A DNA stretch of 64,000 nucleotides from Setoptus koraiensis (Eukaryota; Animalia; Arthropoda): the NCBI GenBank assembly GCA_048013815.1, contig CM106585.1:11470001-11534000 (forward strand). The letters run 5' to 3'. A program made the translations under genes and the position numbers. The notes under the pieces were generated by a model that saw only the letters and a program-made list of their open reading frames with translations, was not told the origin of the DNA and searched no databases. This document shows, piece by piece, positions 1 to 15,296 of this stretch (position 1 is the first letter of the stretch; every line of letters begins with the position of its first letter).

Positions 1-2828
1 TCTCACTCTATATGCGTTTTTTCTTTGCCCTTTCAATGCCAACCACACAACAAAGAGCCGTTGAGCAAAGGAGACACGACGAGAGAGAGATAATCAATCA
101 TTGAGATGAGTGACCATGTGGGATAATGAACGTCAGTAGCTCCATTTGTTTGTGTTGTTTCACTTTGAGATTGCCGCCCCTTCTCGCGCTCTATATATAC
201 AACGATATATCTTATAAATATATTCTCATGTTGGGAGATATAGAAGACAAGGGAGCCCATTATTGAGTGTTGTAATTCTCAATTTCGGCTAACTGTCAAA
301 CATACCCGCCCGACGCCAAAAATATCTGCTTGTTCGTAACACCGAGCACTTGCTAATTCTAGCGCGATGCAACGCGTCCAATCTCAATAACTCTGTGGCA
401 TATTCATATTTATGATACGGATCATAATAATGTCAAGACATGGCAATCATCAGCATGTAAAATTTACTGGAAACTTCAAGTATGTATCATTTAGAGACAT
501 ACTTGCAGTCTACATGCCGTGCCAACGAGACGACATTATTTATGTGTGTATTATACGCACCCAGTCAGCCAGTCAATGTTGTTATTGTTGTCGTCGTTTA
601 TCTCATTAATACATATAGGCCAAACAAGGCCTTGCAACAGGCCCGATACACTGGCGCAAACAACATGAATAATACATGTATGTATCGCCAGCGAAGGCCC
701 TATAAGAACAATATCATGTTGAACAATAATTTTAATGATAATGGCCATAATGATGCTGATAATAACGATTGTGAAAAGAAGGAAAAAATTGTCTCTGGCA
801 AAGCTCGCTTTTTTCTCTTTTATTCTTGTAGCCATGATTTATTGGCTTGTGTCACTGTGATCAATCTTAATCTAAGGCCCTGATCCAATCCCCTTTGACT
901 GTAAGAAGCCCCCATTACAGCGCCTCTGCCGCTTCTGCAGCCGCTATAGGCCGTTTCAGCTGATCTATATATTCTGTTTTCTTTGTTTTTTGGTGTATCG
1001 TGTTGGCAAGCAAATGTGAATTGTATTAGAAAATGGACACCTACAAACAACGACTTGCACTTGCAAACAACTTGAATTTGTCCATCAGATCATCAGGCCG
1101 GCAACAATGCCAGCTACGGTGGTCTGCTTGTACATTTCGGCCATATGTCCCCGCATTGGCGCTAAATGATTGTTTCTCGGGGCACTCTCGAATCATACAG
1201 ATCGTCGTGATCACGCTCATCATTACCAAACAAACAAACGAACGAACAACAAAAAACGAGCTCTGTCTTTCTTTGAATAATATTATTAATTATATCACAT
1301 CATATCGCACGATGAGAATCGACTTGTTCAACTGACGGTATCTATGCACCAGCACCAGCTTCGGCACCAGCTTCGGCACCAGCAAAAACAGCGCCAGAGA
1401 ATAGACGATGCGATGGGAGCAAGTTTGCAATCGCTCGTCATGCTTCATATAGTTGGAAGGCGCAAAACAACACAACAGAGCGAGAGAGAGAGCCATCCAA
1501 CTCGATGATCCGTTTCGAAATAGCGCTAAAATGATTATATAAAGCGCACATATGAAGCGGGCGAAATTCTTCTCACTTCTCTTTATGGCCAACGCTGGCG
1601 ATGCTGTCTAAGCGCCTGGTCATTTCGCTAGACAGCAAATCGGTGGACACGAAGCAATAATTGTTGTTGCTAACTCAACGCGATCAAAATTTCTCTCGCA
1701 TCCTTGCAATCTTTGCGAGCCCGTGCACCTCAGCTGGCCCACAATGGTTGCGGGCATCAGCACAATGGGCCAGGGCAATTTGTTTGCCCTGGCGCATCGT
1801 ATGCACTGTGTGGTGCTATATGGTATTGCATGGTGCTGCATGGTGGCTCTAAGATCAACTGGTGCCCATGAGAAGGGCACCAGTTGTTTTCAAATGAGCG
1901 ATTCTCTGACAGGGCGCAGTCGCGCAACAAGTGAACCGATAATCAGATCAACAAGTGCAGCGCTTGATTGTTGTTGTTGTTGTTTTGTTTGGTTGCGTGC
2001 TGGCGTCATGGCTACATGAATTTTGATAATTGTTGTGGTTGTCGTTGTTGTGATTAGTGCTGTTGTTGTGGTTGTCGTTGTTGTGAGTGATGTCGTTGTG
2101 AGCGATGTTATGGGCCATGTTGTTGCGAGCAAAGCCACTGGCTAGCCGCGGAATGACAGAGCGATCTTGCGCAATGGCGCTAAGGTCACAACAATGGCAG
2201 CAGCGGAGGATTTAAATTAACAACAAATTAAATAAATAAACTATATGAGAACGCAGCAACGCGACGCTCGATTTAACTGAATATAAATAAAACAAGCGAG
2301 ACAGGGTTAAGCATCACGCTCGTTGCGAGCCACAGCTCGCCGGATCGGTTGCGAGCGGCGCCGGCTCGCAGCCACCATGCAACCAATCCAATTGACTTAA
2401 AGGGAATCGTTCAAAAAGGCTGCAATTCTGCTAATCATTTGCGACAAACATAACCTTGGATTGATTGCTCCATTTATGGCCACGTCTGGCTCGCACAGGT
2501 CGCTTGTCGGGGCTTGTTGCGGCCCCACAGTGGCAATAAGCGTCAGAGAGTGTACGGCACTGGCACACTTTTGTGCTGTTGTTGTTGTTGTTCAATTATT
2601 TATTTGGTTAGTTGGTTCAATTGACAATCATTCAATTCATCGTTTTCTTGCCGCAATGCGCAATTCACTGCGCATTTTACAATTGTATAGCATATTGTAT
2701 GTATATGTAGTGCACGACAGGTGTGTGCGCGGGTCGCGAAATTACGTCGCCAAATTACGTCACGTAATTGATTAGTTTATATAGATGTAGATGTTTATAT
2801 AGTATGTATAGAAACGATGCTGATGCAA

Positions 2829-4793
<1,965 letters not shown>

Positions 4794-7490
4794 GCGCCCG
4801 CGCGTATATCTACCAATATCTGGCTGTGTCTGGCTGTGTCTGTGCGATCTGTCGTCGCCCCGGCGAGCCTCTGATTCGGCGAACTTCTATTTGGCGAGCT
4901 TCTATTCGGCGAGCTTCTGATTCGGCGGGCCTCTGGTCTGGCGAGCCTCTAATTGTTTGGATGGTCTGTTGCTTGCGTCGCTATGTTGCACGAGTCAACT
5001 ACTGCACACTCGATGATGATGAAACTTGTGGCAACGTCTCTATTTATTACATGTATGCTGTTGATGGCGTCGCGGTTGCGTTCGAAATGAATTCGTTCAT
5101 GACACTGGCACAATTATTTATTTTATCTCTCGCTCGCTCGCTTGCGCTCCAAGTGTTAGCGTGCGCCGCTTCCAACTGGCACAGTTCATGACGCACCAAC
5201 TATGACGACTAACAACTGCCCAACTGGCTGGCATGCTTGGCCTATATAGGTACATGTGCCATGCATTCGCAGCAGTGTGTGCGCCGCCGGCGTGCGCCCG
5301 TGCACCGCGCAACAAACTTTGAACACTTTGCCCTGGCAATCGAATGGCGGGGTGCGCATTCAGTTGGGCACAACACACAAGCCTATATGCAGCAGTGTGG
5401 TGCAGCGATGGCTGGCGAGCGGTGCAGCGATGGCTGGCTCATCTGGGCGCAGATGAGCGCCTAGATGAGCGCAGAGAAGCGCCCAGATGAGTGAAAAGTG
5501 AGTGAGTGATGCGAGCGATGCGCAGTAACCAACCAAACGAACGATTATTCCGCGGGCACAGCTCGCGCGCTTCGAAGCTTCGAAGCTGCACGCGCTGGCC
5601 AGCATCGTCCGCGTGCAGCTTCGAAACGAGCAACCACCAACCACCAGCCAGCCAGCAGCAGCGCCGGCCAGCAACACGTGACACGTTGCGAGCAGAGCGA
5701 GTGGTCAGCTAGCATAAAACATGGTGACATGTTGTTGTGATTTCGGCCAGCACCAGTACATGTTGTGGTCAGTGTGTCAGTGCGGCTGCTGGCCACTGCA
5801 GCAGCGACGCTTGCTTGTGCCGCGCTGGCAAAGCAATAGTGGCCCGCGGGGTCATCATGTGCGCCGACTGGTGCAGTGTGGTCAGTTGTGGTCAGTGGCG
5901 AGTTGCAACTGGTGCAAGCCGGTGCAAGCCGATGCAAGCGACAGCCGATGCAGCAAATGTGACAAAAGAAAGGATGTCGCTGGTGGCTAAAGTGCAAAAG
6001 TGAATAGATTGCTCGCGCTCACTAATGAAAAGAACACAAGAGGCTAATGAACACTTAATTAAAACATGCTCGCTCTCGCTCTGGCTGGCTCGCTCCTCCT
6101 TTTGTGCTGCTCGCTGCTGGCTGCTGGCTTCTGCTTGCTTGTCGGCAGCTGACGCTGATGGCCCGAGAGCCAACAGCCCGACGACGACGAGAGCCGCTCG
6201 CGGGGCCGCACTGGTTGTCGTCTGGTGACTCTTGCCTCACCAGACGACGGTCGGGCAGTCGCTTGCGAGCATCGCTTGTGAGTCGCTCTACTGGCCCGAC
6301 CGGCCCGACGGGCCGACTGGTCGCTGGCAGTTGGCAACTCCGTGGGAGGCGCTCAATGGCGCGATATGCGGCTTATATCGCCATTGAGCCAACAACAATA
6401 GTGATATATGGCGATAATCTGTGCGGCCAGCCGGGGCGGCTGACTGCGCCGACGCAGCCTGTTGCCCGGCCGCGGACACTCTCGACACTGTCGCTGGACA
6501 CTGGTCACTGTGAGAGACCGCGAGAGACCGCGAGAGACTGTCAGAGAGACTGTCAGAGAGGCTGCCGGGAGCTGGCCCCATTGTGGTGCACGAGATGCAG
6601 GCGCGAGGGTATTATCCGCGCCAGCACAAGGCAGTGTTGCCGTTTATTAACTCGCCAGCTTCATTAGTGGTCAACGGTTGGCGTGATTATAATCACCAGC
6701 GGCGAGCAACTGACAAATCAGTTGTCAGTTGCTCGCCGGCCATTAGCGGCCCTGGTGACTTGTCAGCGTGCTGCGAGTTACCAGAGTGTGTTTTTAATTT
6801 AATTTATTGTCGCCATTACCATCACCAGTGTATACATTTGCGGCTACTAACACATATAATATATCGGCCAGATATATAGTGGCACCGTGTTGGTGCTGGC
6901 TTGCTGGCGATAGCGCACCAGTGATACTAGTGATAGTGCGCTAGTAGCCGGTGCGGCACTAATATGGTGCACCCCAACTACTGCTGCCGCTCGATGCGAT
7001 ATGTTCATTTAAATTTACAGACTCCACTTGTTGATGCGTCCATCGGGTCACACTGTCGGGCTCGCCGGGCTCCTTCTTTTGTCGCTGTTGTTGCCTTTGT
7101 TGTCGGGCGACGTGACGGGCCTCCCGTGCACGGTGCCCCACCAACAGTGTCGCCCATTAACGCAATCGCGCACCAGCACGGTGGTCAATGACACGCGGTA
7201 TACACGCAATCCGAACGGGCCCATTGACAAACCGGTTGCTCACTGCAATAATAATTGTCATAATGGCGGCCGGCTGACACCTCTGACACTTGCCACTGCG
7301 CGCTGTCAGATTTGGTCCGATTCGGCGAGATTTAGTGAGATTCGGCGAGATTTAGTGAGATTCGGTCGGATGTTTGTCCGGCAGTTTGTGCCACATTCTC
7401 ATATATGTTCTCATATGTGTTCCGTTCATGTGGCGCCGCCGATCCTTTGATGCCGCACCATCGGCGTCGTCACAATCGCCACAGTCACCA

Positions 7491-7545
7491 CAAGCCGTCG
7501 CAAGCCGTCGCAAGCCGTCGCAAGCCGTCGCAAGCCGTCGCAAGC
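7491..7545. repeat. Tandem repeat (CAAGCCGTCG) x5
   Basis: Five perfect 10-mers plus a partial unit, read directly. Confidence 0.9.
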
Positions 7546-10500
7546 GAATGGATGACCACTCTCGCCGCACCGCCAAATCGCACCACTGACGAGATTTGCC
7601 ATAAAGCACACACTTTTGTGCTCTTTTTGTGCTCTTTTTGCTGCCAGCAGCAACCGGGAGCCACTAAATGGCGAGAGAGAGCCACCAAATGGACAGAGAG
7701 AGAGAGAGCCACTCAATGGCGAGAGAGAGAGAGAGATCGGATTATGAGCGGCAATCCTTTTTGCTGGTGCCGGCGACAGTGCCCCTCGGCCCTGCCGGCG
7801 TGCAATCCAAAATGCAAGCCCGAAATGCGAGCGCGAAATACGAGCGCCGAGAAGCGTCCTATATGGACCATAATCGTTTCCTCTTTGCCATAAATCATTA
7901 TCGCTGACCATTATGACAGCGACGATGAGACCAAGGTTCAACGTGAGACCCGAACGCCGCCGCGGCGCAAATTGATGCTCGCCCGCAAAAAACTTTGACG
8001 TGAGCCGACAGTCGGCTGTCTCGACGAGTGCACAGGCCGACGCAGCGCCAAAATCATTGATTGATTAACGTTAAATTGTAAATTTTCATAAATTTTTCAC
8101 TTTGCGAATTTGCCAATTTGTGAATTTGTAGCGAGTTCGAGGCGGCAATTTGAGTTGCCCATTGCGACACAACGCGACATCTGCCTGACAAGCCGCGAAA
8201 GTTGACTTTTGTCGCCGACACGTCACGTTGATGTTAATTATGCAATCGTGTGCGCCCCGTCAATCAGCTATGTCCACTAGTTAATGTGTGCAGCAAATTG
8301 CGCTAGACAGACAGTTTGTTGTCGTAGACATTAGTTGTCGCCGGCAGAGCGCCGGCAACTGCTAATGGCTGCCAGTGGCGTCTGTTGATTCGTTTCGGCG
8401 CATGGATTCACTCATCAAGATGTTAATCTTTGATACTTTCACGCTCAGATGATATAATTTTGCGTGCCAGAGGTGTGCCCATGTCAGTATCATCGTTATG
8501 ACAGCGATGGTGACAGCAGATAGAGACGCGCCTCAGCGTCTTGCGATACACGGTGAATTCGCCTACTCATCTGCTGCGCCAGCAGCAACAACGGCGACGG
8601 CAACAGCAACAACCGAACAACCGAAACGACATTGATCTCGATATCAAAAAAGTCAACTGGAACCACAAAGACATGCTATGCTTCCATGAATTTCATCGAC
8701 CATTATTATTTATCCGCGCATATTGCACACGCTATTACATGTGCGCTGTTTACGCGCGCCAAATTGGCCACTAAAATCGCTTGCCGCCCTTTGCGCCTCT
8801 TTAGGCAGCCAAGCAAGCGATTCATCGCCACTGCGAACACTTGATTCACCGCTGATCCGGTCGAGTCGACTAAGACAACAAATTTGAACAAATTTGATTG
8901 ATTTTGCGCCATCTCGTACGTCGTGTTCGAGCACATATCATACTCACAACAGCCTCGAAATTCATGAGCGACGGCCCGAAATCGTGGGGCCGCCACTCGG
9001 TCCATCAAGGTGAACAGTCGTCTCGTTGAGTCGATTCAGCGTTACACAATCAAAAACTTGCCGTGTTACTGTGGGGGACAATTTTTAATTATTGAGCCGC
9101 TTCGCACCGACTATATCTGACTCTATTGCGACTCTATTGCGACTATACTCACCACTCTCAACGTCCGACCCGATCTTGAAATGAAACTATTCGCTTTTGG
9201 GCCAAGTGGGGAAGCCAGTATGCGGACTTGTTTGTCTTAACCAGCAGTATTGCACATGGCGTAGTAGCAGTAAGTGATGGCAATTAGTTTGGAGCCTCCA
9301 GTGACGCAGAGTTATTATACATTTTCTACAAAATGAAACTCAATTTTGTTTTCCTGAACGACACAAACATTGCGCCTAATAGCGCGCCATAGAGAACAAT
9401 AATGAATCTCTTCAAGAGCAAATTGCATATGCCAGTTTCTCATATTCTCATAGGATCATTCCGTGAGCGACAACACACTGCCACTGATATATCAAATTTG
9501 AGACATTCATTGTGACAAACGCTATTATTGTGATAACAACAATTTCACTTTTGTTACTTGTTAGATGTATCTTGACTGTCGTGTGATGTAACATAAGAGC
9601 TTGTATATCTATGCATATGTACAGCAACCATATATCACCAAACTGCTAGTAAAGAGTTTGAGTGCGAATATTTTCGTTCAATACATACGCAAATATGCTG
9701 TTCACATGTTGTCCATGTTGTTGTTTTTGTAAAGCAAACAAAAAATATTATCATGTTCTAGAATTGATTACTTGAAAATTATCAAACTAATTCCATATTT
9801 GTGTGAGCATGAATGTCATTGGATATGTCTCGCAGCCTCGACACAAGCGGGCCCACCAGCGCCACCAGCACCACTGGCATCACTACTAGCCAGCCACAGT
9901 TTGTGTGCCGGCATGTTGCTGGGGACCCAAATGGGAATTGAGTTGATTATCTCAGCTAGTCAAACAGCAGCAGCAGCAGCAGTAGCAGCAGTTGAGTATA
10001 GATGCAGCTTCATCACAATTATTATGACGGTTGCGCGAGGATAGTCAATACTCATGATTATTATCATTATGTTGGCGATCATTGCCGCTGACAATAATGT
10101 TGAATTAGATAATCATTTTTGTGGCTGCAATTTTCATGGCATCAAAGCATGAGCTTTTTGATTTGCTTGGTTTACAACAACATCATCACACACTTGATGT
10201 GATATAACTGAAATGATTATTTTTGTCCAAGTCCTAGTATGAGTCTCAAGTTGAAAAACTTGCAGTCCTCCATCGCGCAGCAAGTCATTCGGAAAGAAGT
10301 AACAATTACACACGCAAAGAGCAAACATATCAAGTGGATTAGGAGAAAAAGAAGGATATTCCACGTTGTTGCACAATTGCCCGACTCCATATTCTCGCTT
10401 GCAATGAATGAATGCATGAGCGCGATCGTATTGTCTTCAACCGTGTCCTCGATATTATGTAACATGTTAGAAAGTCTCTAAAATCTTACATGTATGCCCT

Positions 10501-12264
10501 CGCTAGCCGCGTTTCAAGTGTGTTCATCACATTAAATAAGGCGAGCTTGTGCGCGATTGCCAAACAGAGCCATCAAATAGCCCGAAAGAAACAACCATTT
10601 TGAGACGACTATTACCATGATGATGATGATGATGAGCATCTCAATCGCATGACAAAAAGAGAGCAAATTAGTTTGGATTGAGAGGCTGGGTAAGAGGCGA
10701 AAAATTGCCAGTCAGACAGTTTAAATTGGACCAAGTAAACAAATGGCCACAACAAGCAAGCACTTGTGATTGTGTTGGACCCCACAATGGCAAACTATTC
10801 GCCCCGTCGCCTAGTGGCGAACCGTGTGGAAATCTGCCAATGTCTTGCGCCAACAGTACAGCCCTTTCGCCTAAAATTGGGGCCAATCTCGTGCTGGCGA
10901 CCGTCGTCACTGTCTATTGGCAGAGCTGTTTTTGTTTTTAGCCAGCCAGCCAAAACAACAACAACAACAACGACGACGACAAAAACAACAACAAAACACA
11001 AAATGTGGCTAGATTATGTAATGCAAATCTCTGGGTGTAATCGAGATGTGGGTGTACCTGTTTGTGACACGCGAACAGCCTGTTTGAAACAGGTTGTCGG
11101 ACACATGCAAATGGGATAAAATGAAATAAAATAAAAAAATTTACAACAAAGGACACGAGCTGTTTCTGTTGGGGAGCAACAAATGGGAGATGGGAGGCGC
11201 GCCAAATTAGGTGAGTGCATGCGTCAAGGTAAGTGAGCCAGCGTTTGGCATGTGGCCGTGTCCGACGACGACAACAACAACTTATTGACATGTGCTGCTG
11301 CCGTGTGCACCAGCGCACTTTGCCGCCATCTAGTTGCGCAAAAGGGCGCCAGGGGCGCCCAAATTTCTCAGGTTGTCCATGGCTGCGACCAATGCACCTG
11401 CTGCTGTGGGTGTCTCACGGGCGCTCGTTACGGCAATCACGCGGCCGCGTGTTAGCTGAAGCACGCGCTGGCGTTACTTGACCCGTGCTTCAGCACCATG
11501 TGTGCACGCCATTCGAATGCACAGCTTGCGCCGTGCCGTGTGGCCGCCGATTGTGCGAATGCGGCACTGGCAGAGCCGCCTTGCGGCGCTGCGCGCAAAC
11601 ACAAGCGGAGGCCATGAGGAGGGCGCACACAACGATGTGCACATTATGTGCCTTTCAAAATGTTTTGACGGTGTGTGTGTAGATGCGCACAAGTGACTGT
11701 TGGCGCAAGCACACACACGCATTTGCGCATCACCACGTTGAATCATTGCGAAAGCGATTGTATGTAACATCGCTCGTTGTGTTTGATTACATGGGAGCGG
11801 AGAGACGGGAGGCTCTGCCACCACACTGCACTGCACACTGGGAGTCACGGCGTCGCCTTGGCACGGCGTCGTGACGGCGAATCAACGTTGAATTTCGCGC
11901 AATTTTCATTACAGCGGAGGGGTATGAAATGCTCCTGTATATAGTGGAGTGGTTCGTTGAAATACCAATGTGATGTTGATAGGCTATACTAATTCATACA
12001 TATAAATATCTATATATTACTATTACACCATTATTACATCTACAACATCACTACTAGAACCTCCTATCACCACCATTATCATTTAAAAAAACTACTATTA
12101 TCATGCTTGTGAGATGTTATCAAAGATATTATTATTATTGATTATTGACAATTAAACGCCATTTATTATTCCCATTTATTATTATTATAAATAGGCCCCC
12201 TTCCCCCGAGAGTGACACACACACACACACACACCACACACACACACAACTGTTCATCATCAAC

Positions 12265-14931
12265 ATGGATCTATTAAAGGTACTTAGTCAGACTGTTTCC
12301 TCTAACCAACAGGAACTGGTCTCGGCTAGCACATTTATTGAAACATATATACACCAAGATTTTCCAGGATTTCTCAGATCATTGACAGATATTTTACACA
12401 ATGACCAAAACTCTCCTGTTGTACGTATGGCAGCTGGTCTACAACTCAAAAATCAGCTAACCAGCAGGGACGAACAATTAAGACAACAACAACACCAAAG
12501 ATGGTTGGCCTTGCCAGAGGACACCAGGGCTTATGTCAAAGAAAGAGTATTTGCCTCTCTTGGTACGGAAACTTTTAGACCCTCCTCGGCACCACAATGT
12601 GTCTCTTATATAGCCATCGTTGAGCTGCCCTTAAAATTGTGGCCAGGCCTAGTGTCGGCCCTATGTCACAATGTCACCAATCCAGCTAGTTCATTGTTAT
12701 TACGTCAAACAACGTTGGAAACAATAGGTTATATTTGTACAGATTTAGATCCTGCCGCTTTAGAAGTAACGGATTCTAATCTCATATTAACTGCTATAGT
12801 GCATGGAATGAGAGAAGAGGAACCCAATAACTCTGTCAGATTGGCTGCTACAACGGCCTTGTTAAATTCATTAGAATTTACTGAAACAAATTTCCAGAAC
12901 GAACAAGAGCGCCATTGTATTATGGCGGTTGTTTGCAAGGCCACCCAATGCGACGACATACAAGTGAGTGTTGCCGCGTTACAATGTCTTGTTAAAATTA
13001 TGTCGCTATATTATCAATTTATGGAACATTATATGGCCTCAGCATTGTTTGCAATCACAATGAAAGCGATGAAAAGTGATAATGATGATGTCGCGTTACA
13101 AGGAATAGAGTTCTGGTCAAACGTTTGCGATGAAGAGATTAATCTATCATTAGAGGCAGCCGAATCACAAGAGCTTGGTAAACCACCAGAGAAAACATCT
13201 AAACATTATGCACGTGGAGCACTACAGTACTTAGTTCCAATACTTGTTGACATGCTAGCCAGACAAGATGAAAATGATGATACAGAAGAATGGAAGCCAT
13301 GTAAATCTGCTGGCGTATGTTTAATGTTATTAGCGAATTGTTGTGAGAATGCAATTGTTGGTAACGTTCTTCCATTCATACAATCAAACATCGTTAGTCC
13401 AAATTGGCGTCTTCGTGACGCTGCCGTTATGACATTTGGTTCGATACTCGATGGTCCCGATCAAACTACTCTTAAACCTATAGCTGAACAAATAGTACCT
13501 TTTCTGATTAACTTCATGAAAGACACTAGTGTCGTAGTGAGAGATTCCTCTGCTTGGGCGATCGGAAAATTGTGTGACACTGTGCCGGAAGCCGTATTAT
13601 CTCAAAGATTTCTACCTGAACTCATTCATGCTCTAATTGAGAACCTCAAAGTCGAACCAAGAGTAGCCTCAAATGTCTGTTGGGCTATAAATTCGTTAGC
13701 TTCCGCCGCTGGCGCAACAGCCCGCGAAAGTTGTGTTGACGATATGGCACCACCAACTTTTATTTTATCACCCTTCTTCCCACGCCTGATTGAGGAGTTA
13801 TTGAAAACAACCGAAAGACAAGATAGTAATACCAACAGCAATAATCAAGAGCACAATCTGAAAACTGCAGCTTATGAAGCTTTAATGGAAGTGATAAAAT
13901 CCGCGCCAGCCGACTGCTACCATCTAATCTATAATTCGCAACAGCCGGCAGTTTTGACTATAATACTACAGAGAATTCAATATATAATAAGCCAAGAACC
14001 TCAAATCAACAATCCAACAGATAGGGCACAATACAACGATTTACAATCTTTGCTTTGGGCCGCCATGACATCGATTATTAGGAGAATGAACAACGATGAT
14101 GTCCGTGCTATTAGTGATTCTCTAATGGAACTATTACTACGGACGTTGCAAACTGGTTCAGAATCGGGAACCGTTCAAGAAGATGCATTTATGGCAATCA
14201 CCACACTATTGGATTCGATATCAACATACTTCTTACGTTATATGGATACTTTTAAACCATATTTGATACAAGGCTTGAGAAATAACATTGTCCCACAAGT
14301 GTGTTCTACGGCCATTGGCTTACTGGGTGATTTATCAAGGGCTTTAGGACAGGGGTTATTTCCTTATTGTGCCGAATTCATGACCGTTTTAATGGCAAAC
14401 TTAAGTGAGGAAGCCTTCGATCGTAATTCTAAGGCACAAATATTAAGTACATTCGGAGATTTCGCCCTGGCCTTTGGACCAAATTTTAAGGAGTATGCAG
14501 CGATATCACTTCAAATGTTAAAGCATGCAAGTCAAGTGCTGCCACATGATAGGAATGACTATGAATTTCTTGAATACTGTATAAAACTACGTGAATGTGC
14601 CATCGAAGGTTACACAGGTATTATACAAGGATTGAAAGGACCTGATCACAATTATAGTGATGAGGTGAGATCACTTTTGGAACAACATATACCGCATATA
14701 GTACAATTTATAATAATAGTTGCTAGTGATCCCGAAAATACAGACTCCCTCATATGCTCATGTTGTGGACTGATAGGTGATATTGCAGAAACATTTGGTC
14801 CATCGATGAATCAATATTTAACACAACAACCGATAACTGAACTATTGATTCGTGGTCGCAGATCTAAAAACGAAAAGACGCATTCTATTGCAAATTGGGC
14901 CAGTCTAGAAGTAAAAAAACTAAGAAATTGA
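12265..14931 (+). CDS. KPNB1: Importin subunit beta-1 (karyopherin beta-1, Ketel), intronless, 888 aa
   Basis: Single ORF with importin-beta motifs: VRMAAGLQLKNQL, ALQCLVKIMSLYYQFMEHYM, ALQGIEFWSNVCDEE, WRLRDAAVMTFGSILDGP, EPRVASNVCWA. The start is set at MDLLKVL (12265); the ORF-track extension from 12145 is low-complexity (THTHTH). Confidence 0.96.
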   Translation: MDLLKVLSQTVSSNQQELVSASTFIETYIHQDFPGFLRSLTDILHNDQNSPVVRMAAGLQLKNQLTSRDEQLRQQQHQRWLALPEDTRAYVKERVFASLGTETFRPSSAPQCVSYIAIVELPLKLWPGLVSALCHNVTNPASSLLLRQTTLETIGYICTDLDPAALEVTDSNLILTAIVHGMREEEPNNSVRLAATTALLNSLEFTETNFQNEQERHCIMAVVCKATQCDDIQVSVAALQCLVKIMSLYYQFMEHYMASALFAITMKAMKSDNDDVALQGIEFWSNVCDEEINLSLEAAESQELGKPPEKTSKHYARGALQYLVPILVDMLARQDENDDTEEWKPCKSAGVCLMLLANCCENAIVGNVLPFIQSNIVSPNWRLRDAAVMTFGSILDGPDQTTLKPIAEQIVPFLINFMKDTSVVVRDSSAWAIGKLCDTVPEAVLSQRFLPELIHALIENLKVEPRVASNVCWAINSLASAAGATARESCVDDMAPPTFILSPFFPRLIEELLKTTERQDSNTNSNNQEHNLKTAAYEALMEVIKSAPADCYHLIYNSQQPAVLTIILQRIQYIISQEPQINNPTDRAQYNDLQSLLWAAMTSIIRRMNNDDVRAISDSLMELLLRTLQTGSESGTVQEDAFMAITTLLDSISTYFLRYMDTFKPYLIQGLRNNIVPQVCSTAIGLLGDLSRALGQGLFPYCAEFMTVLMANLSEEAFDRNSKAQILSTFGDFALAFGPNFKEYAAISLQMLKHASQVLPHDRNDYEFLEYCIKLRECAIEGYTGIIQGLKGPDHNYSDEVRSLLEQHIPHIVQFIIIVASDPENTDSLICSCCGLIGDIAETFGPSMNQYLTQQPITELLIRGRRSKNEKTHSIANWASLEVKKLRN

Positions 14932-15296
14932 GTAGAAAGAGTTCAAGCGGAGCATGTTGGAAATGTGTAGTAATCTCCAAAAAGACTATTTGTTTACCCT
15001 GTAATACCTATGTTGGATTAAAGACGAAAATTTGATTATAAACGCACCGGTTTGTATGTTGTTCAGGTCATAAAGCAGAATGTCATAGAGTATGTAAAGT
15101 TCTTCTTGAATCAAAAATAATCAGTTGAAGTATTGCCATGTTTTTATTTCTCCCTCATATTGAGTGGTTTTTAATTGATGAGAGATCTTAAACATATACA
15201 AGTAGCGCGATACAGCTTCTAATTTTTAATGATATACCGAAAAAACTAAGTATAGTTGTATGGAAAAGAAATCTCAACCAGACCAATTGAACTATA

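Noticed and set aside
363-670. Candidate plus-strand exons (363-479 RDATRPISITLWHIHIYDTDHNNVKTWQSSACKIYWKLQ, and from 619) with plausible AG/GT sites
   Set aside because: No recognisable homology and no upstream context in the window; too weak to call.
551-835. Hydrophobic, TM-like minus-strand ORF (similar one at 10217-10465)
   Set aside because: Hydrophobicity is explained by the antisense of AAT/GAT-rich low-complexity DNA; no family motif.
12145-12264. N-terminal extensions in the ORF track for importin-beta (also transposase from 19674, GR copy 1 from 23160, copy 5 from 44049)
   Set aside because: They use non-ATG or non-conserved starts. The homologous region upstream of GR copy 3 has in-frame stops, and all paralogs share an aaATGG context at MD(S/T)IR.
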